DNA of 29,793 bases from Propionibacterium ruminifibrarum. GTDB taxonomy: Bacteria > Actinomycetota > Actinomycetes > Propionibacteriales > Propionibacteriaceae. Below, piece by piece: positions 1-9,640 of the stretch (within the stretch, counting starts at the first letter, position 1; every line of letters begins with the position of its first letter). Both the position numbers and the translations under genes were made by a program. The notes beneath the pieces were generated by a model. It was not told the origin of the DNA, made no database searches, and saw only the letters and a list, made by a program, of their open reading frames with translations. The stretch lies in the NCBI RefSeq assembly GCF_900289195.1, contig NZ_OMOH01000015.1:1-29793 (forward strand), given 5' to 3'.

Positions 1-120
1 AGACCGATCCGCCACCGGATCATGACAATCACCCCCAGGGCCCGTGATGTCCCCATCGTCACACCGGCCCGGCCACATCGGGAAGACCCAACCCGAACCT
101 GGGGAAAACCAGCGGATCCG

Positions 121-1776
121 TCAGGAGCGGTCCGCCGCCCTGCGCACGGCGACGAGTGCGTCGTGGTGCCGTTGCAGCTCGGCCTCGATGGGGTCGATGA
201 CGGCCTCGTCGGACACCTTCGAGATGGCCTCGACGAGTGCGTCGACGGCCCTGCGCCGCGCCGCGCGGGCACCGGCGAGGACCCCGAAGCGGGAGAGGAC
301 GCCGAGCACGACGCCGAGGATCACTCCGGCTCCGGCCAGCACGACGGGCGCCGGGATGGTCCACCAGTCGGGTGTGGGAATCGCGCCCATCGACAGGTGC
401 CTGAGCAGCAGGTTGATGCCCAGCCAGCCCAGGCCGACGATCACGGCGGCCATGAGGAGCCACTGCAGGAACCGAACGATCCCCCACCACCACTGGCCCT
501 TGCCGAAGCGCAGGTCGGTGCTCGCGACGGCCTTGTCGAGGCCGGCCGGCAGCTGATCGAGGCGTCCCTTCGAGGCGGCACGCACGGCGTCGGCCCAGCC
601 CTGGGGCAGCCCGCGTGAGGCGTCGTCGCTGATGGCGCGCAGTGCCGTGCCGACGCGGGCCTGCTCGACCCCGCCCGTGGTGGTCTGCAGGCTGGTGCGT
701 TCGATCGCTGTGGGGCCCGTCAGGTCCTGGCCGAGTTCCTTCCTCCTGCCCTGCGAGCGGTCGAGGTGCAGGTTGCGCAGCGGGTCCGGCCGCAGCCTCT
801 GCACCCACGACACGAAGGGCCAGCCGGTGGCCGCCTGGCCCCGCCTGCTCGTCGAGGTGAACACGGCCTCGCCGACGCGTTCGACACCGGCGGCCTGGCC
901 GAGTGCGGCGTCGAGCTGTTCGACGCGGTCGGGGCTGACCTGGGCCGGCACGTCCTCGCCGATCGCCCCCATCAGTGCCGCGGCGGCCGCGTCGATGTCG
1001 GCGCTCAGCCTGGCCGAGCTGGCCCGCTTGGCCCTGACGACCTCGGTCAGCCGGCCCGTCAGCTCATCGACTCCCGTGCCGGTGAGCGCCGAGGTGCACA
1101 GCAGCGGCACCCCGCCCAGCCCCTCGGAGTCGAGGAGCCTGCGCAGGTCACCGGTGGCCTGCGCCAGTTGCGGGGCCGTCAGACGATCGGCCTGGTTCAG
1201 GACGACGACCATGACGTCGGCGTGGCCCGCCATCGGCCGCAGGTAGCCCTCGTGGAGGGCCGCGTCGGCGTACTTCTGCGGGTCGACGACCCACACGAGC
1301 ATGTCGACCAGGGCGACCAGGCGGTCGGCCTCGAGCCTGTTCTCGCGCTCGGTGGAGTCGTGGTCGGGCAGGTCGAGCAGCACCAGTCCGTCGAGGCCCT
1401 TGTCAGGGCCCATGTTCGTGCGCACCGGCACGTCGAGCCAGTCGAGCAGCCCGTCGGGATTGGCGGCGCCCCAGCAGGCAGCCATGGCTCGTCTCGTCGT
1501 GGGGCGCTGCACCCCGCTGCGGGCGAGCTGGGCGCCGGCCAGGGCGTTGAACAGGCTCGACTTGCCCGAACCGGTGGCCCCCGCCAGGGCGACGATCGTG
1601 TTGTCGCCGCTGAACGCGAGCCGCTGGTCGGCCCGCCGGGTGATGTCCCGCGCGTAGCCGAGGACGTCGGCGTCGACGCGGCCCTCACTCAGGGACACCG
1701 CCTCGGACAGGGCGCTGATGCGTCTGCTGAGCTTCGTCAGCGCGGCGCGGCGCCTGCGGTCGGCTCCGATGTTCAT
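121..1776 (-). CDS. dynamin-like / YfjP-type P-loop GTPase with C-terminal transmembrane hairpin
   Basis: 551-aa ORF. Walker A GATGSGKSS, G3-like LLDLPDHD, G4-like NQAD. Two C-terminal hydrophobic helices (WWWGIVRFLQWLLMAAVIVGLGWLGINLLL and IPAPVVLAGAGVILGVVLGVL). Its ATG overlaps the stop of the upstream GTPase gene (ATGA at 1773-1776). Confidence 0.8.
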   Translation of the reverse strand: MNIGADRRRRAALTKLSRRISALSEAVSLSEGRVDADVLGYARDITRRADQRLAFSGDNTIVALAGATGSGKSSLFNALAGAQLARSGVQRPTTRRAMAACWGAANPDGLLDWLDVPVRTNMGPDKGLDGLVLLDLPDHDSTERENRLEADRLVALVDMLVWVVDPQKYADAALHEGYLRPMAGHADVMVVVLNQADRLTAPQLAQATGDLRRLLDSEGLGGVPLLCTSALTGTGVDELTGRLTEVVRAKRASSARLSADIDAAAAALMGAIGEDVPAQVSPDRVEQLDAALGQAAGVERVGEAVFTSTSRRGQAATGWPFVSWVQRLRPDPLRNLHLDRSQGRRKELGQDLTGPTAIERTSLQTTTGGVEQARVGTALRAISDDASRGLPQGWADAVRAASKGRLDQLPAGLDKAVASTDLRFGKGQWWWGIVRFLQWLLMAAVIVGLGWLGINLLLRHLSMGAIPTPDWWTIPAPVVLAGAGVILGVVLGVLSRFGVLAGARAARRRAVDALVEAISKVSDEAVIDPIEAELQRHHDALVAVRRAADRS

Positions 1777-3620
1777 GGCCGCTCCCCCGCCTCGTCGATG
1801 ATCTCGGCGTCGATGACGGCCCCCAGACCGTCCGCCTCGACCCGCTGGATCTCGACGGCCTCCCGCGGGGCCCCGCCCGGCTGCCCGCCGGCCTGTTCGC
1901 GGGCGGTGAGCTCGGCCGGGGCCGGAGCGCGGCCGGCCCGGGCGGCCTCGACGGCCGCGATGGCCTCGTCGAGTCGGGACGCCACGGTCTTGTCCACACC
2001 GAGATCGGCGAGCAGCGCCTGGAAGCGCTGCGACTCGCCTGCCATGAGCTCCCCCACGCGCGCGTCGAGGTGTTCCTTGGCGGTCTTGGCCAGGCGCCGC
2101 ACCGCGTCATCGCCGAAGATCGATTCGAGCAGCCGCTGGGCAACGACCGTGGTGCCGCCGGCCACGCCGATCTCGGCGCCCGACAGGCCCGCGGTGTGGG
2201 CGAAGATGACGATCATGAGGGCGGCCCCGACACCGTTGACGCCCGCTGCCACCAGCCGGGCCTGGGTGCGTTTGCTCTTGCCCTGCTCGCTGACGAGCTG
2301 GAGCACGTCGGCCTGCCAGTCGCGGATGACGTCGCGGGCGCGTTCCTCGAAGCCCTCGGACGTCCTCGCCAGGTCGGGGTGGGCCGCGATGATCTCGCGG
2401 CCGGCCGGGTTGGCGCGCCAGGCTGTTCCCGCGCGCTCGGCGGCGGCCTGCGCCTGGTCGATGATGAGGGCCTCGAGCCCCGATCCGGCGGCGGCCGAGG
2501 CCTGCACCGCCTGGGGCGGTTCGCCCCTGATCATGGAGGTGAGGCGGTCCCGCAGCCAGCTGATCCTGTTGTCGATGACGCGGGTGAACTCGCTCGTGCC
2601 GACGTAGTCCTGCCAGCGGGTGAGGACCTCGCCGCGCAGCAGGGTGCCGTCGGCGGAGCGGACGCTGATGGCGCGGGCCGCCTCGTCGAAGGCCGATGCG
2701 GCGTCCCGGCGCAGCTGGCGGACGATGCCGGCCTGGCCGCGCACGGCCCCGGCGAGTTCGCGGGACTGGCCGATGATGGCGCGTACGGCGCCGTCGAGGG
2801 TCTGGGCTATGACGGCGTCGCGGCGCTGGTTGTCGGCGGCCAGGGTGGCCAGGTAGGTGCGGATCGGTGCGACTGCGGCGTCGGGCAGCAGCCCCGCCTC
2901 GTCGGTGAGGGTCTCGGGCACGGCGAACAGCGGCGACTCGGCCAAGCCGCGGTCGCTCATGAGACGGGCCAGGTCGGCTGGCACGAGCTGCATGCCGGCC
3001 GGCGGGATACGGTCGCAGACGACGGCGACGGCCGCGCCCCGCTCGGCCGCTGAGGTGAGGAACTGCCACGGCACGGCGTCGGCGTAGCGGGCGGCCGAGG
3101 TGACGAACAGCCACAGGTCGGCGGCCTGGAGCAGTTGCGCGGCCAGCCGGCGGTTGGCCTGGGAGACCGAGTCGATGTCGGGGGCGTCGAGCAGCGCCAG
3201 GCCCCTCGGCAGGCTCGGCTCGGGCACGAGCTGGATCGAACCGGTGCCTGTCGTGCTGACGGTCGTGCGGGCCAGGCCCGGCAGGATGCGTTCGTCGTCG
3301 AACCAGTGCTGCTCGGCGGGGTTGAAGATGAGGACGGGGCTCGTCGTCGTGGGACGGATGACTCCGGCGCGCGACACCACGCGGCCGATGAGCGAGTTCA
3401 CCAGGGTGGACTTGCCCGCCCCGGTGGAGCCACCGACGACGGCCAGCAGTGGCGCGTCGAGGTTGGCCAGGCGCGGAAGGACGTAGTCGTCGAGCTGGTC
3501 GAGCAGGGCTCGGCGCCCTGACCTGCTCTGCTCGACTGACGGTCCTGGCAGGGGCAGCCGGACGGACTCGAGTGCGCTGCGCAGGCCCCTCAGCGCGCCG
3601 GCGAGTTCGGTGGCACCCAT
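1773..3620 (-). CDS. dynamin-like P-loop GTPase (partner of the downstream GTPase)
   Basis: 615-aa ORF. Walker A GGSTGAGKST, G3-like LLDAPDID, long helical C-terminal half with one hydrophobic, paddle-like segment (VNGVGAALMIVIFAHTAGL). 4-nt overlap with the next gene. Confidence 0.8.
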   Translation of the reverse strand: MGATELAGALRGLRSALESVRLPLPGPSVEQSRSGRRALLDQLDDYVLPRLANLDAPLLAVVGGSTGAGKSTLVNSLIGRVVSRAGVIRPTTTSPVLIFNPAEQHWFDDERILPGLARTTVSTTGTGSIQLVPEPSLPRGLALLDAPDIDSVSQANRRLAAQLLQAADLWLFVTSAARYADAVPWQFLTSAAERGAAVAVVCDRIPPAGMQLVPADLARLMSDRGLAESPLFAVPETLTDEAGLLPDAAVAPIRTYLATLAADNQRRDAVIAQTLDGAVRAIIGQSRELAGAVRGQAGIVRQLRRDAASAFDEAARAISVRSADGTLLRGEVLTRWQDYVGTSEFTRVIDNRISWLRDRLTSMIRGEPPQAVQASAAAGSGLEALIIDQAQAAAERAGTAWRANPAGREIIAAHPDLARTSEGFEERARDVIRDWQADVLQLVSEQGKSKRTQARLVAAGVNGVGAALMIVIFAHTAGLSGAEIGVAGGTTVVAQRLLESIFGDDAVRRLAKTAKEHLDARVGELMAGESQRFQALLADLGVDKTVASRLDEAIAAVEAARAGRAPAPAELTAREQAGGQPGGAPREAVEIQRVEADGLGAVIDAEIIDEAGERP

Positions 3621-3727
3621 GCAGATTCCTTTCCTCCGCCCCGTTCGGCGAGAAGCCGGCCGGGGGCCGCAGTCCCGTCACTGCGCCGGGGTCACCGCGC
3701 GCAGGCGACACGCGGCTGGGCTTCAGG

Positions 3728-5173
3728 CTATCGCTGGGGAGCGCCGACCGGAATCTGGGTCTGAGGTGGCGGCGCGAAGACGGGCGGCTTGGGACGACGG
3801 CGCGGCAGGTGGGCGCGGATCCAGCGCTTGGCGTTCTGCCGGGTCCAGTTGGGTGGTTTGACCGTGAGGCCGTCGGTGGTGTCGAGGGCCCGGCCGCGCA
3901 GGGAGCGGATGTGGAAGAGGAGTTCTCGTTCGCGTCCGATGGCGGCGTCGTCGATCAGCCCGTTGATGACGCCCATGCGCAGGTGCGCGAGCTCGGACAT
4001 GTCATGGATGAGCCGGACGGTGGCGATCAGGCGGCGGGGGCCGCGCAGGGTGGCGGCACAGATCAGCTTGAGGCGCGAACGGTAGCGGCTGAACATGATC
4101 GGGTCCTGCCTGCTGAGCCAGCCGTTCGCGACGAAGTCCTCCAGGCGGGCCCACATCTGGCGGGACTCTGCCAGGGCCAGGCGGATGTAGCGCAGGAGCA
4201 GGAAGAGGATGATGAAGGCGCCGATGGTGACCGTCGTCGTCGTGTCGATGCCGACCGTCTGGGTGCCGTTGAACGCCATGTGGGCGCACGCGGCGAAGCA
4301 GAACCCGGCCAGTGGCGCGAGGACACGAACGAGTTTGCTGCGGTTGCGCAGGGCGACGCCGACGCCGATGGCAGTGAAGGTGGCGAACAGCGGGTGGCCC
4401 CAGCAGGTGAGCAGGCCACGCAGGTAGAAGATCTGCCGCAGCGCGTCGTCTGCGTCGACGCCGTAGACGAGCGAACCGTACAGGTACATGCGGATGTAGT
4501 AGACGATGTCCTCGACCACGGCGAAGCCGAGACCTGACAGGCCGGCCATCGTGATCATCTGGATGACCGACAAGAACCTGTGCCGCACGAGGATGGCCAG
4601 TAGGAACAGCACCGTCGCCTTGGCCGCCTCCTCGACGAAGGGGGCGATGAAGATGGCGGCGCGGGCGCTGCCCATCTCGTCGGCCTCGTCGGCGGTGACC
4701 ATGGCCGCGGCCCACGTGTTGACCACCAGCGAGACGTAGACGGCCACCACCCCGCCCCACACCAGGGCGACGGCCTTCAGGCGCAGCGTCGTGGGCCGAA
4801 GACGGTCGAGGAGGAAGTAGACGACGAGGCCGATGGCGAGCGTGACGAGCGCCAGTTTCGTGCACTTCCACAGCGCCTCGTTGAACTGGGCGATGGTGGG
4901 TGTCGAGCGGGTGCCGGCCTGCTGCTCGGTGTAGTCGCCGACGGCCGTGGTGATGTTGGTGAGGTACACCCGGTAGGTGAGCCACAGCAGGAACCCGCAG
5001 AACGGGAAGAACGCGACCGTCACCCAGTTGAGCGGGCTGCGACGGAAACGCCGCCAGCCGGTCAGTCCCGGTTCGACCGGGCGCGGCAGGCCGGCGATCC
5101 TGCGGGCGCGGCGCTCACGGGCCGGCGACGAGTCATCGCGGCGCTCGGTGGGTGCGGGCAGTTGCGTGGACAC
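3728..5173 (-). CDS. PrsW-family intramembrane metalloprotease
   Basis: 481-aa polytopic membrane ORF with a GTG start. Carries PrsW-type motifs FVEEAAKA (EExxK), HPLFATFTAIG and HMAFN. Long basic C-terminal tail. Confidence 0.7.
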   Translation of the reverse strand: MSTQLPAPTERRDDSSPARERRARRIAGLPRPVEPGLTGWRRFRRSPLNWVTVAFFPFCGFLLWLTYRVYLTNITTAVGDYTEQQAGTRSTPTIAQFNEALWKCTKLALVTLAIGLVVYFLLDRLRPTTLRLKAVALVWGGVVAVYVSLVVNTWAAAMVTADEADEMGSARAAIFIAPFVEEAAKATVLFLLAILVRHRFLSVIQMITMAGLSGLGFAVVEDIVYYIRMYLYGSLVYGVDADDALRQIFYLRGLLTCWGHPLFATFTAIGVGVALRNRSKLVRVLAPLAGFCFAACAHMAFNGTQTVGIDTTTTVTIGAFIILFLLLRYIRLALAESRQMWARLEDFVANGWLSRQDPIMFSRYRSRLKLICAATLRGPRRLIATVRLIHDMSELAHLRMGVINGLIDDAAIGRERELLFHIRSLRGRALDTTDGLTVKPPNWTRQNAKRWIRAHLPRRRPKPPVFAPPPQTQIPVGAPQR

Positions 5174-5372
5174 GCGGCAAGGTTACCCCGGGGCATCCGG
5201 TGACCCATGGGCCGAACACCCAGCTGCCGGCATCCCCGGGACGGCTCAGGGCCGTGGCAGCATCGTGACAGTGCGCCCGCTGATGCCATCAGACGAGTCT
5301 CTGCCGCTGTCCGCGTGGCGCACCGCTAACACGTCGGGGCGGTGCACCTGCTGATGCCCCGCCCCAGGGGAG

Positions 5373-5445
5373 CGGCCCGGGTGGGAATCGAACCCACGCG
5401 CGACAGATTAGAAGGCTGCTGCTCTATCCGCTGAGCTACCGGGCC
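5373..5445 (-). tRNA. tRNA-Arg (anticodon TCT)
   Basis: The reverse complement reads GGCCCGG-TA-GCTCAGCGGATAGAGC-A-GCAGC-CTTCTAA-TCTGT-CGCGC-GTGGGTTCGATTCCCAC-CCGGGCC-G. The 7-bp acceptor stem is perfect and the T-arm (GTTCGATTC) is canonical. One mismatch in the anticodon stem. CCA is not encoded. Confidence 0.85.
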
Positions 5446-5562
5446 CCGCTGCGATGCATTGTAGACGGCACGGGGACCGTCTCCGCCCCGCCATGGATCG
5501 CCGCCGAGGAAACCGCCCGGCACGGCGCACCGGAGTGCCGCAGGCGGTGGGACCATGACGAC

Positions 5563-6765
5563 GTGGCAGCAGAACGGACGAACCAGACCCTGGCCCGCAC
5601 TCTCATCGCGGTCTACGGGCCCACCGTTCTCGCCTCGATCGGTTTCGGCGCCGTCATCCCGCTCGTCGCCATCCAGGCCCGGGCTCTGGGCGCGAGCGTG
5701 GGCGTGGCGGCGTTCATCACCGCCCTCACCGGCATCGCCCAGGTGATCGGCGACCTGCCGGCGGGCACCGTCACCGACCGGATCGGCGAGAAGTACTCGA
5801 TCGTCCTGGCCTGCCTCGTCGACGCGGCGGCGATGGCCGTCGTCTTCTGCTCGGGCTCCCTCGTCGTCCTGGCCCTGGCCGTGTTCTGCCACGGGCTCAC
5901 CGGGTCGGTCTTCGGCCTGGCTCGGCAGACCTATCTGACCGAGCGGGTCCCCCTGGGCTGGCGGGCCCGGGCCATGTCCACGCTCGGCGGCGTCATGCGC
6001 ATCGGCTGGTTCGTCGGCCCGCTGGCGGCCGCGGCCATCGTCAACCGCTGGGGTCTGACGGCGGCGTTCGCCTTCGCCGCCGCCATGTCGCTCGTCGCGG
6101 CAGCCGTGACGCTGACGATGCCGACCCTGCCCGGCGAGGAGCCGGGTCTGGCCGGTATCAGGCAGCGCAACCGGGGCGAGCACGCCCGCACCCTCTCTGT
6201 GCTGCGCAGGAACCGTCACGTTCTGCTGACCCTGGGCGTCGGCTGCCTGGCCCTTCAGCTGGTCCGCGCGGTGCGCCAGACGATCGTCCCGCTGTGGTGC
6301 GAGGCGCACGGCATCTCTGCCGCCACGACGAGCCTCATCTACTCGATGTCGATGGGGTGCGACGTGCTGCTCTTCTTTCCCGGCGGCTTCATCATGGACC
6401 GGCTCGGCCGCCGCTGGGTGACGCTGCCGGCGATTTGCACGATGAGCATCGGCCTGCTCGTCCTGCCCCTGACCCACCACGTGGGGACGATCGTGCTCGT
6501 CGCCGCCCTGCTCGGCCTGGGCAACGGCGTCTCGTCGGGCATCATCGTCACGCTCGGGGCCGACGCCTCACCGGTGCGGGGCCGCGCCCAGTTCCTGGCC
6601 GGCTGGCGTCTGTTCGCCGACTCCGGCAACGCGCTCGGCCCGCTCGTCGTGAGCGGTGTCGCCTCGCTCGCCGGGCTGCCCGTGAGCGCCCTGACCGTGG
6701 GCGGGATCGGGCTGCTCGGCACGTGGTGGCTCGCCCGTCACGTGCCGCGCACGGTCGAGGCCTGA
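5563..6765 (+). CDS. MFS transporter
   Basis: 400-aa ORF with about 12 hydrophobic segments. MFS-like loop DRIGEKY after TM2 and a second-half loop DRLGRRW. GTG start. Confidence 0.8.
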   Translation: MAAERTNQTLARTLIAVYGPTVLASIGFGAVIPLVAIQARALGASVGVAAFITALTGIAQVIGDLPAGTVTDRIGEKYSIVLACLVDAAAMAVVFCSGSLVVLALAVFCHGLTGSVFGLARQTYLTERVPLGWRARAMSTLGGVMRIGWFVGPLAAAAIVNRWGLTAAFAFAAAMSLVAAAVTLTMPTLPGEEPGLAGIRQRNRGEHARTLSVLRRNRHVLLTLGVGCLALQLVRAVRQTIVPLWCEAHGISAATTSLIYSMSMGCDVLLFFPGGFIMDRLGRRWVTLPAICTMSIGLLVLPLTHHVGTIVLVAALLGLGNGVSSGIIVTLGADASPVRGRAQFLAGWRLFADSGNALGPLVVSGVASLAGLPVSALTVGGIGLLGTWWLARHVPRTVEA

Positions 6766-6766
6766 G

Positions 6767-6789
6767 GGCCCGGCAGTGCCTCCCGGGCC
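6767..6789 (+). terminator. GC-rich stem-loop just after the MFS stop codon
   Basis: GGCCCGG (6767-6773) pairs with CCGGGCC (6783-6789) around a 9-nt loop. No U-tract follows. Confidence 0.3.
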
Positions 6790-6905
6790 AGGCATCCGCT
6801 GCCAGCGGGGCGCCGCGCACGCGCAAGCGAGGAGTTGGACCGCCACGTTCCAGTGGTCCCGCGCCGCCGGGGCCCGGCTGGGTCCCGGGGTTAGAGTTGG
6901 CCGAC

Positions 6906-7535
6906 GTGAACAACAACATGCTGGTGTGGATCGACTGCGAGATGACAGGGCTCGACCTTGCCCACGACGAGCTCATCGAGGTGGCCTGCCTGGTCACCGA
7001 CGGTGAGCTCAACATCCAGGGCGAGGGCGTCGACGTACTCATCAAGCCCAGCGACGCGGCGATGGCCAACATGGGTGAGTTCGTCACCGAGATGCACACC
7101 GCCTCGGGCCTGCTCGAGGAGCTGAAGACCTGCACGACGACGATGCGTGAGGCCGAGGAGCAGGTGCTCGCCTACATCAGGCAGTACGTGCCCGAGCCGC
7201 GCAAGGCGCCGCTGGCCGGCAACACCATCGGCACCGACCGCACCTTCCTGGCCAAGGACATGCCCGAGCTGGAGGCCCACGTGCACTACCGCAACGTCGA
7301 CGTCAGCTCGATCAAGGAGCTGGCCCGCCGCTGGTACCCGCGCACCTTCTTCAACGCGCCGGCCAAGAACGGCAACCACCGGGCCCTCGCCGACATCATG
7401 GAGTCGATCGAGGAGCTCGCCTACTACCGCGAGGCCGTCATGGTGCCCGAGCCCGGCCCCACGGCCGACGAGGCCAAGGCGATCGCCGCCCGGTGCCAGG
7501 GCAGCGTCACCGGCTTCGGCCGAACGGCCGGCTGA
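6906..7535 (+). CDS. orn: oligoribonuclease (DEDDh 3'-5' exoribonuclease)
   Basis: LVWIDCEMTGL (Exo I), GNTIGTDRTFL (Exo II) and HRALADIMESIEEL (Exo III). I place the start at GTG 6906 or ATG 6918. The track ORF beginning at 6294 is an over-extension. Confidence 0.9.
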   Translation: MNNNMLVWIDCEMTGLDLAHDELIEVACLVTDGELNIQGEGVDVLIKPSDAAMANMGEFVTEMHTASGLLEELKTCTTTMREAEEQVLAYIRQYVPEPRKAPLAGNTIGTDRTFLAKDMPELEAHVHYRNVDVSSIKELARRWYPRTFFNAPAKNGNHRALADIMESIEELAYYREAVMVPEPGPTADEAKAIAARCQGSVTGFGRTAG

Positions 7536-7620
7536 CCCCCACGGACCCCGCTGGACAGGATTTGGGGCGAGGCCTCCAGGTCGGCTACTATGTCCTGGCT
7601 GCCTGCTCGCAGGCGGCAAT

Positions 7621-7696
7621 GGTGGATGTAGCTCAGTCGGTAGAGCCCCTGGTTGTGGTCCAGGTGGTCGCGAGTTCAAGTCTCGTCATCCACCCC
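7621..7696 (+). tRNA. tRNA-His (anticodon GTG)
   Basis: G(-1)+GTGGATG acceptor, D-arm GCTCAGTCGGTAGAGC, anticodon arm CCTGG-TTGTGGT-CCAGG, T-arm GCGAGTTCAAGTCTCGT, 3' acceptor CATCCAC-C. The extra 5' G is the tRNA-His hallmark. Confidence 0.93.
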
Positions 7697-7702
7697 GCAA
7701 CG

Positions 7703-7726
7703 GCCCCGGTCCCATGGGATCGGGGC
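7703..7726 (+). terminator. near-perfect 24-nt palindromic hairpin after tRNA-His
   Basis: GCCCCGGTCCCATGGGATCGGGGC is self-complementary apart from one G-T pair. It sits between tRNA-His (+) and the 3' end of the convergent ltrA-like gene (-). A TTTT run lies about 10 nt downstream. Confidence 0.4.
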
Positions 7727-7791
7727 TGTCAGGCATTTTGGCCCCGAGATGCCTCGTCTGGTCTTCTGTCTCTCGCCACCACCGACCGGCT

Positions 7792-8958
7792 TCACCGGAC
7801 CGCACTGAACTCGTCGCGCTGGGGCACCCCCGCCGAGACGGGGGCGAGCGTCTCCCACAGCGCCACCGCGACGACGATCGCGGCCACCGCGGTGAGCGCG
7901 ACCCAGGCCGGCAGAACGGTGGCGGCCGGCGCGACGAGCGCCGCATTCGCCACGACGCCGAGCAGGCGCGAGCGGTAGATGCGGCGGAAGGTGCGCAGGC
8001 GCACGACGAGGAAGACCGTCAGGAAGGCGACCGTGCCGATGCACAGCAGCGAGGCGGCGAACCAGCCGGCCGGCTCCGCCGTCTCCTCGAACACGAGGTG
8101 CAGGGCGGCGGCGACGGCGATGATGCCGCCGACGAAGAGCAGGTGACCGTAGACGAGCAGCCCCCGCACCACGTCGAAGGGCGTGTCCGCGGTCTCAAGC
8201 CTCCTGAGCACGAGCCCCGAGGAGTGGTGGAAGTACGACCACCACAGGCCCGCGATGAGGGCGAACGCCGCCACCAGGGCGGCGCCCTGCTGCCAGCTCA
8301 CGTGCTCGGCCTCGCTCAGTGGCTCGCCGACACCGACCAGGGTCTCCCCCAGCGCGACGATGACGAGCAGCCCGAAACGCTCGACGACGTTCTCGGCGTC
8401 GTAGCGGGCCGCGCGCATCTTGGCGCGCAGCAGCACCGGGCTGGCGAACTCGGCCAGGGCCGCCGCCGACCAGAGAACAAGCTGGCCGCGGCCGCCGAGC
8501 AGGGCGCCGGCCGTGAGCAGCGGACCGGTCAGGACGACACCGACCAGATCGGGCTGGAAGACGCGCCAGGTGGAGCGCACCAGGCCGAACACGATGAGCA
8601 GGCGGGCCGCCCAGCAGGACAGGGCGAAGGCCAGGGCCCTGCGTCCGAAGGCGTCCGGCACGCAGACGGCCATGACCAGCGTGACGAGCCCGATGAGCAG
8701 GACGACGAGACGGCTCCTGTCGCGCGAGGCGTCGCGCATGCTCATCTGGATGCTCGTGATGCACCACAGCCAGTAGATGACGGCCAGTAGGATGACACCG
8801 CGCAGGACGGCCACCGTCCCGCCCTCGCGCAGCACGCCGCTGATGCCGGCGACCGCGAACACATAGACGAGGTCGAGGAAGAGCATGACCTCATCGACGC
8901 GGTGGTGCGCGAGCGGGGGCATCGTGGGCCGGCTGTCGCCGGGGCTGGCAGTGGACAT
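7792..8958 (-). CDS. low-temperature-requirement protein A (LtrA)-like membrane protein
   Basis: Polytopic membrane ORF with an LtrA-like N-terminus (VMLFLDLVYVFAVAG ... VIYWLWCITS). I place the start at ATG 8958 (MSTASPGD). The upstream part of the 487-aa track ORF overlaps the GNAT promoter region and is Pro/Ser/Arg-rich. Confidence 0.65.
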   Translation of the reverse strand: MSTASPGDSRPTMPPLAHHRVDEVMLFLDLVYVFAVAGISGVLREGGTVAVLRGVILLAVIYWLWCITSIQMSMRDASRDRSRLVVLLIGLVTLVMAVCVPDAFGRRALAFALSCWAARLLIVFGLVRSTWRVFQPDLVGVVLTGPLLTAGALLGGRGQLVLWSAAALAEFASPVLLRAKMRAARYDAENVVERFGLLVIVALGETLVGVGEPLSEAEHVSWQQGAALVAAFALIAGLWWSYFHHSSGLVLRRLETADTPFDVVRGLLVYGHLLFVGGIIAVAAALHLVFEETAEPAGWFAASLLCIGTVAFLTVFLVVRLRTFRRIYRSRLLGVVANAALVAPAATVLPAWVALTAVAAIVVAVALWETLAPVSAGVPQRDEFSAVR

Positions 8959-9085
8959 GGCCCCGATGCTAACCGGGTCGCGGGAGACCGGCCGGCTGCG
9001 GCGAGCGTCTCCCGGCGCACACGGCGGGACCGGCCAACGGGCCGACGCGGCGGACCGACCTGGAGGAGAGATGGGGAGGACAGCG

Positions 9086-9586
9086 ATGAGCGTCACCATC
9101 GAGCAGCTCACGGCACAGGACGTCGAGGGCGCCCGCTCGGCGTGGAACGAGGTCGTCGCGGCAGGCGACGCGTTCCCCCAGATCGATGAGCTCGGCCCCG
9201 ACGAGGCGGCGGACTTCTTCGCCTCCCAGTCCTTCACAGGTGTCGCCAGGGACACCGGCAGCGGCCGGGTGCTCGGCGTCTACATCCTTCACCCCAACAA
9301 CGTCGGGCGGTGCGGCCACATCGCCAACGCCAGCTATGCGGTGTCCGGGGCCAGCCGCGGCCGGGGCGTCGGGGAGCAGCTGGTGCGGCACAGCATGAGC
9401 ACGGCGGCGCGGCTGGGTTTCCGCATCCTCCAGTTCAACGCGGTGGTCTCGACGAACCATTCGGCCCGGGCGCTGTACGAACGGCTCGGCTTCGTCGAGA
9501 TCGGCCACGTCCCCGGCGGGTTCCGCTACGACAGCGGCGAGTACGCCGACATCACGCTGTACTACGCGGACCTGACCCGCTGCTGA
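9086..9586 (+). CDS. GNAT-family N-acetyltransferase
   Basis: Acetyl-CoA-binding motif RGRGVGEQLV and a C-terminal NHSARALYERLGF motif. ATG 9086 is preceded by GGAGGA (9075-9080). 166 aa. Confidence 0.85.
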   Translation: MSVTIEQLTAQDVEGARSAWNEVVAAGDAFPQIDELGPDEAADFFASQSFTGVARDTGSGRVLGVYILHPNNVGRCGHIANASYAVSGASRGRGVGEQLVRHSMSTAARLGFRILQFNAVVSTNHSARALYERLGFVEIGHVPGGFRYDSGEYADITLYYADLTRC

Positions 9587-9640
9587 AGGACGCCTGCCAA
9601 AGGTGAGAAGGCCGCCCTGCACGAGCCGGCATCTCGTAGA

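Noticed and set aside
1-120. Possible start of a further minus-strand gene (ATG at 56 running off the window)
   Set aside because: Only about 18 codons are visible, which is not enough to support a call.
766-2607. 613-aa plus-strand ORF, along with other long ORFs antisense to the GTPase genes
   Set aside because: It is antisense to two genes with clear P-loop motifs. The product is Arg/Ala/Gly/Pro-rich low-complexity sequence, typical of shadow ORFs in high-GC DNA.
5326-6480. 384-aa minus-strand ORF
   Set aside because: It is antisense to the MFS transporter and runs through the tRNA-Arg gene. The product is highly charged, low-complexity sequence.
6294-6905. N-terminal extension of the orn ORF
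   Set aside because: It overlaps the 3' end of the MFS gene in another frame and is Arg/Pro-rich. Orn homology begins at about 6918, and a product of about 209 aa fits the family.
8885-9255. Mutually overlapping 5' extensions of the ltrA-like and GNAT track ORFs
   Set aside because: Both cannot be coding. Internal starts (ATG 8958, and ATG 9086 with a GGAGGA RBS) give family-typical lengths and leave a divergent promoter region.
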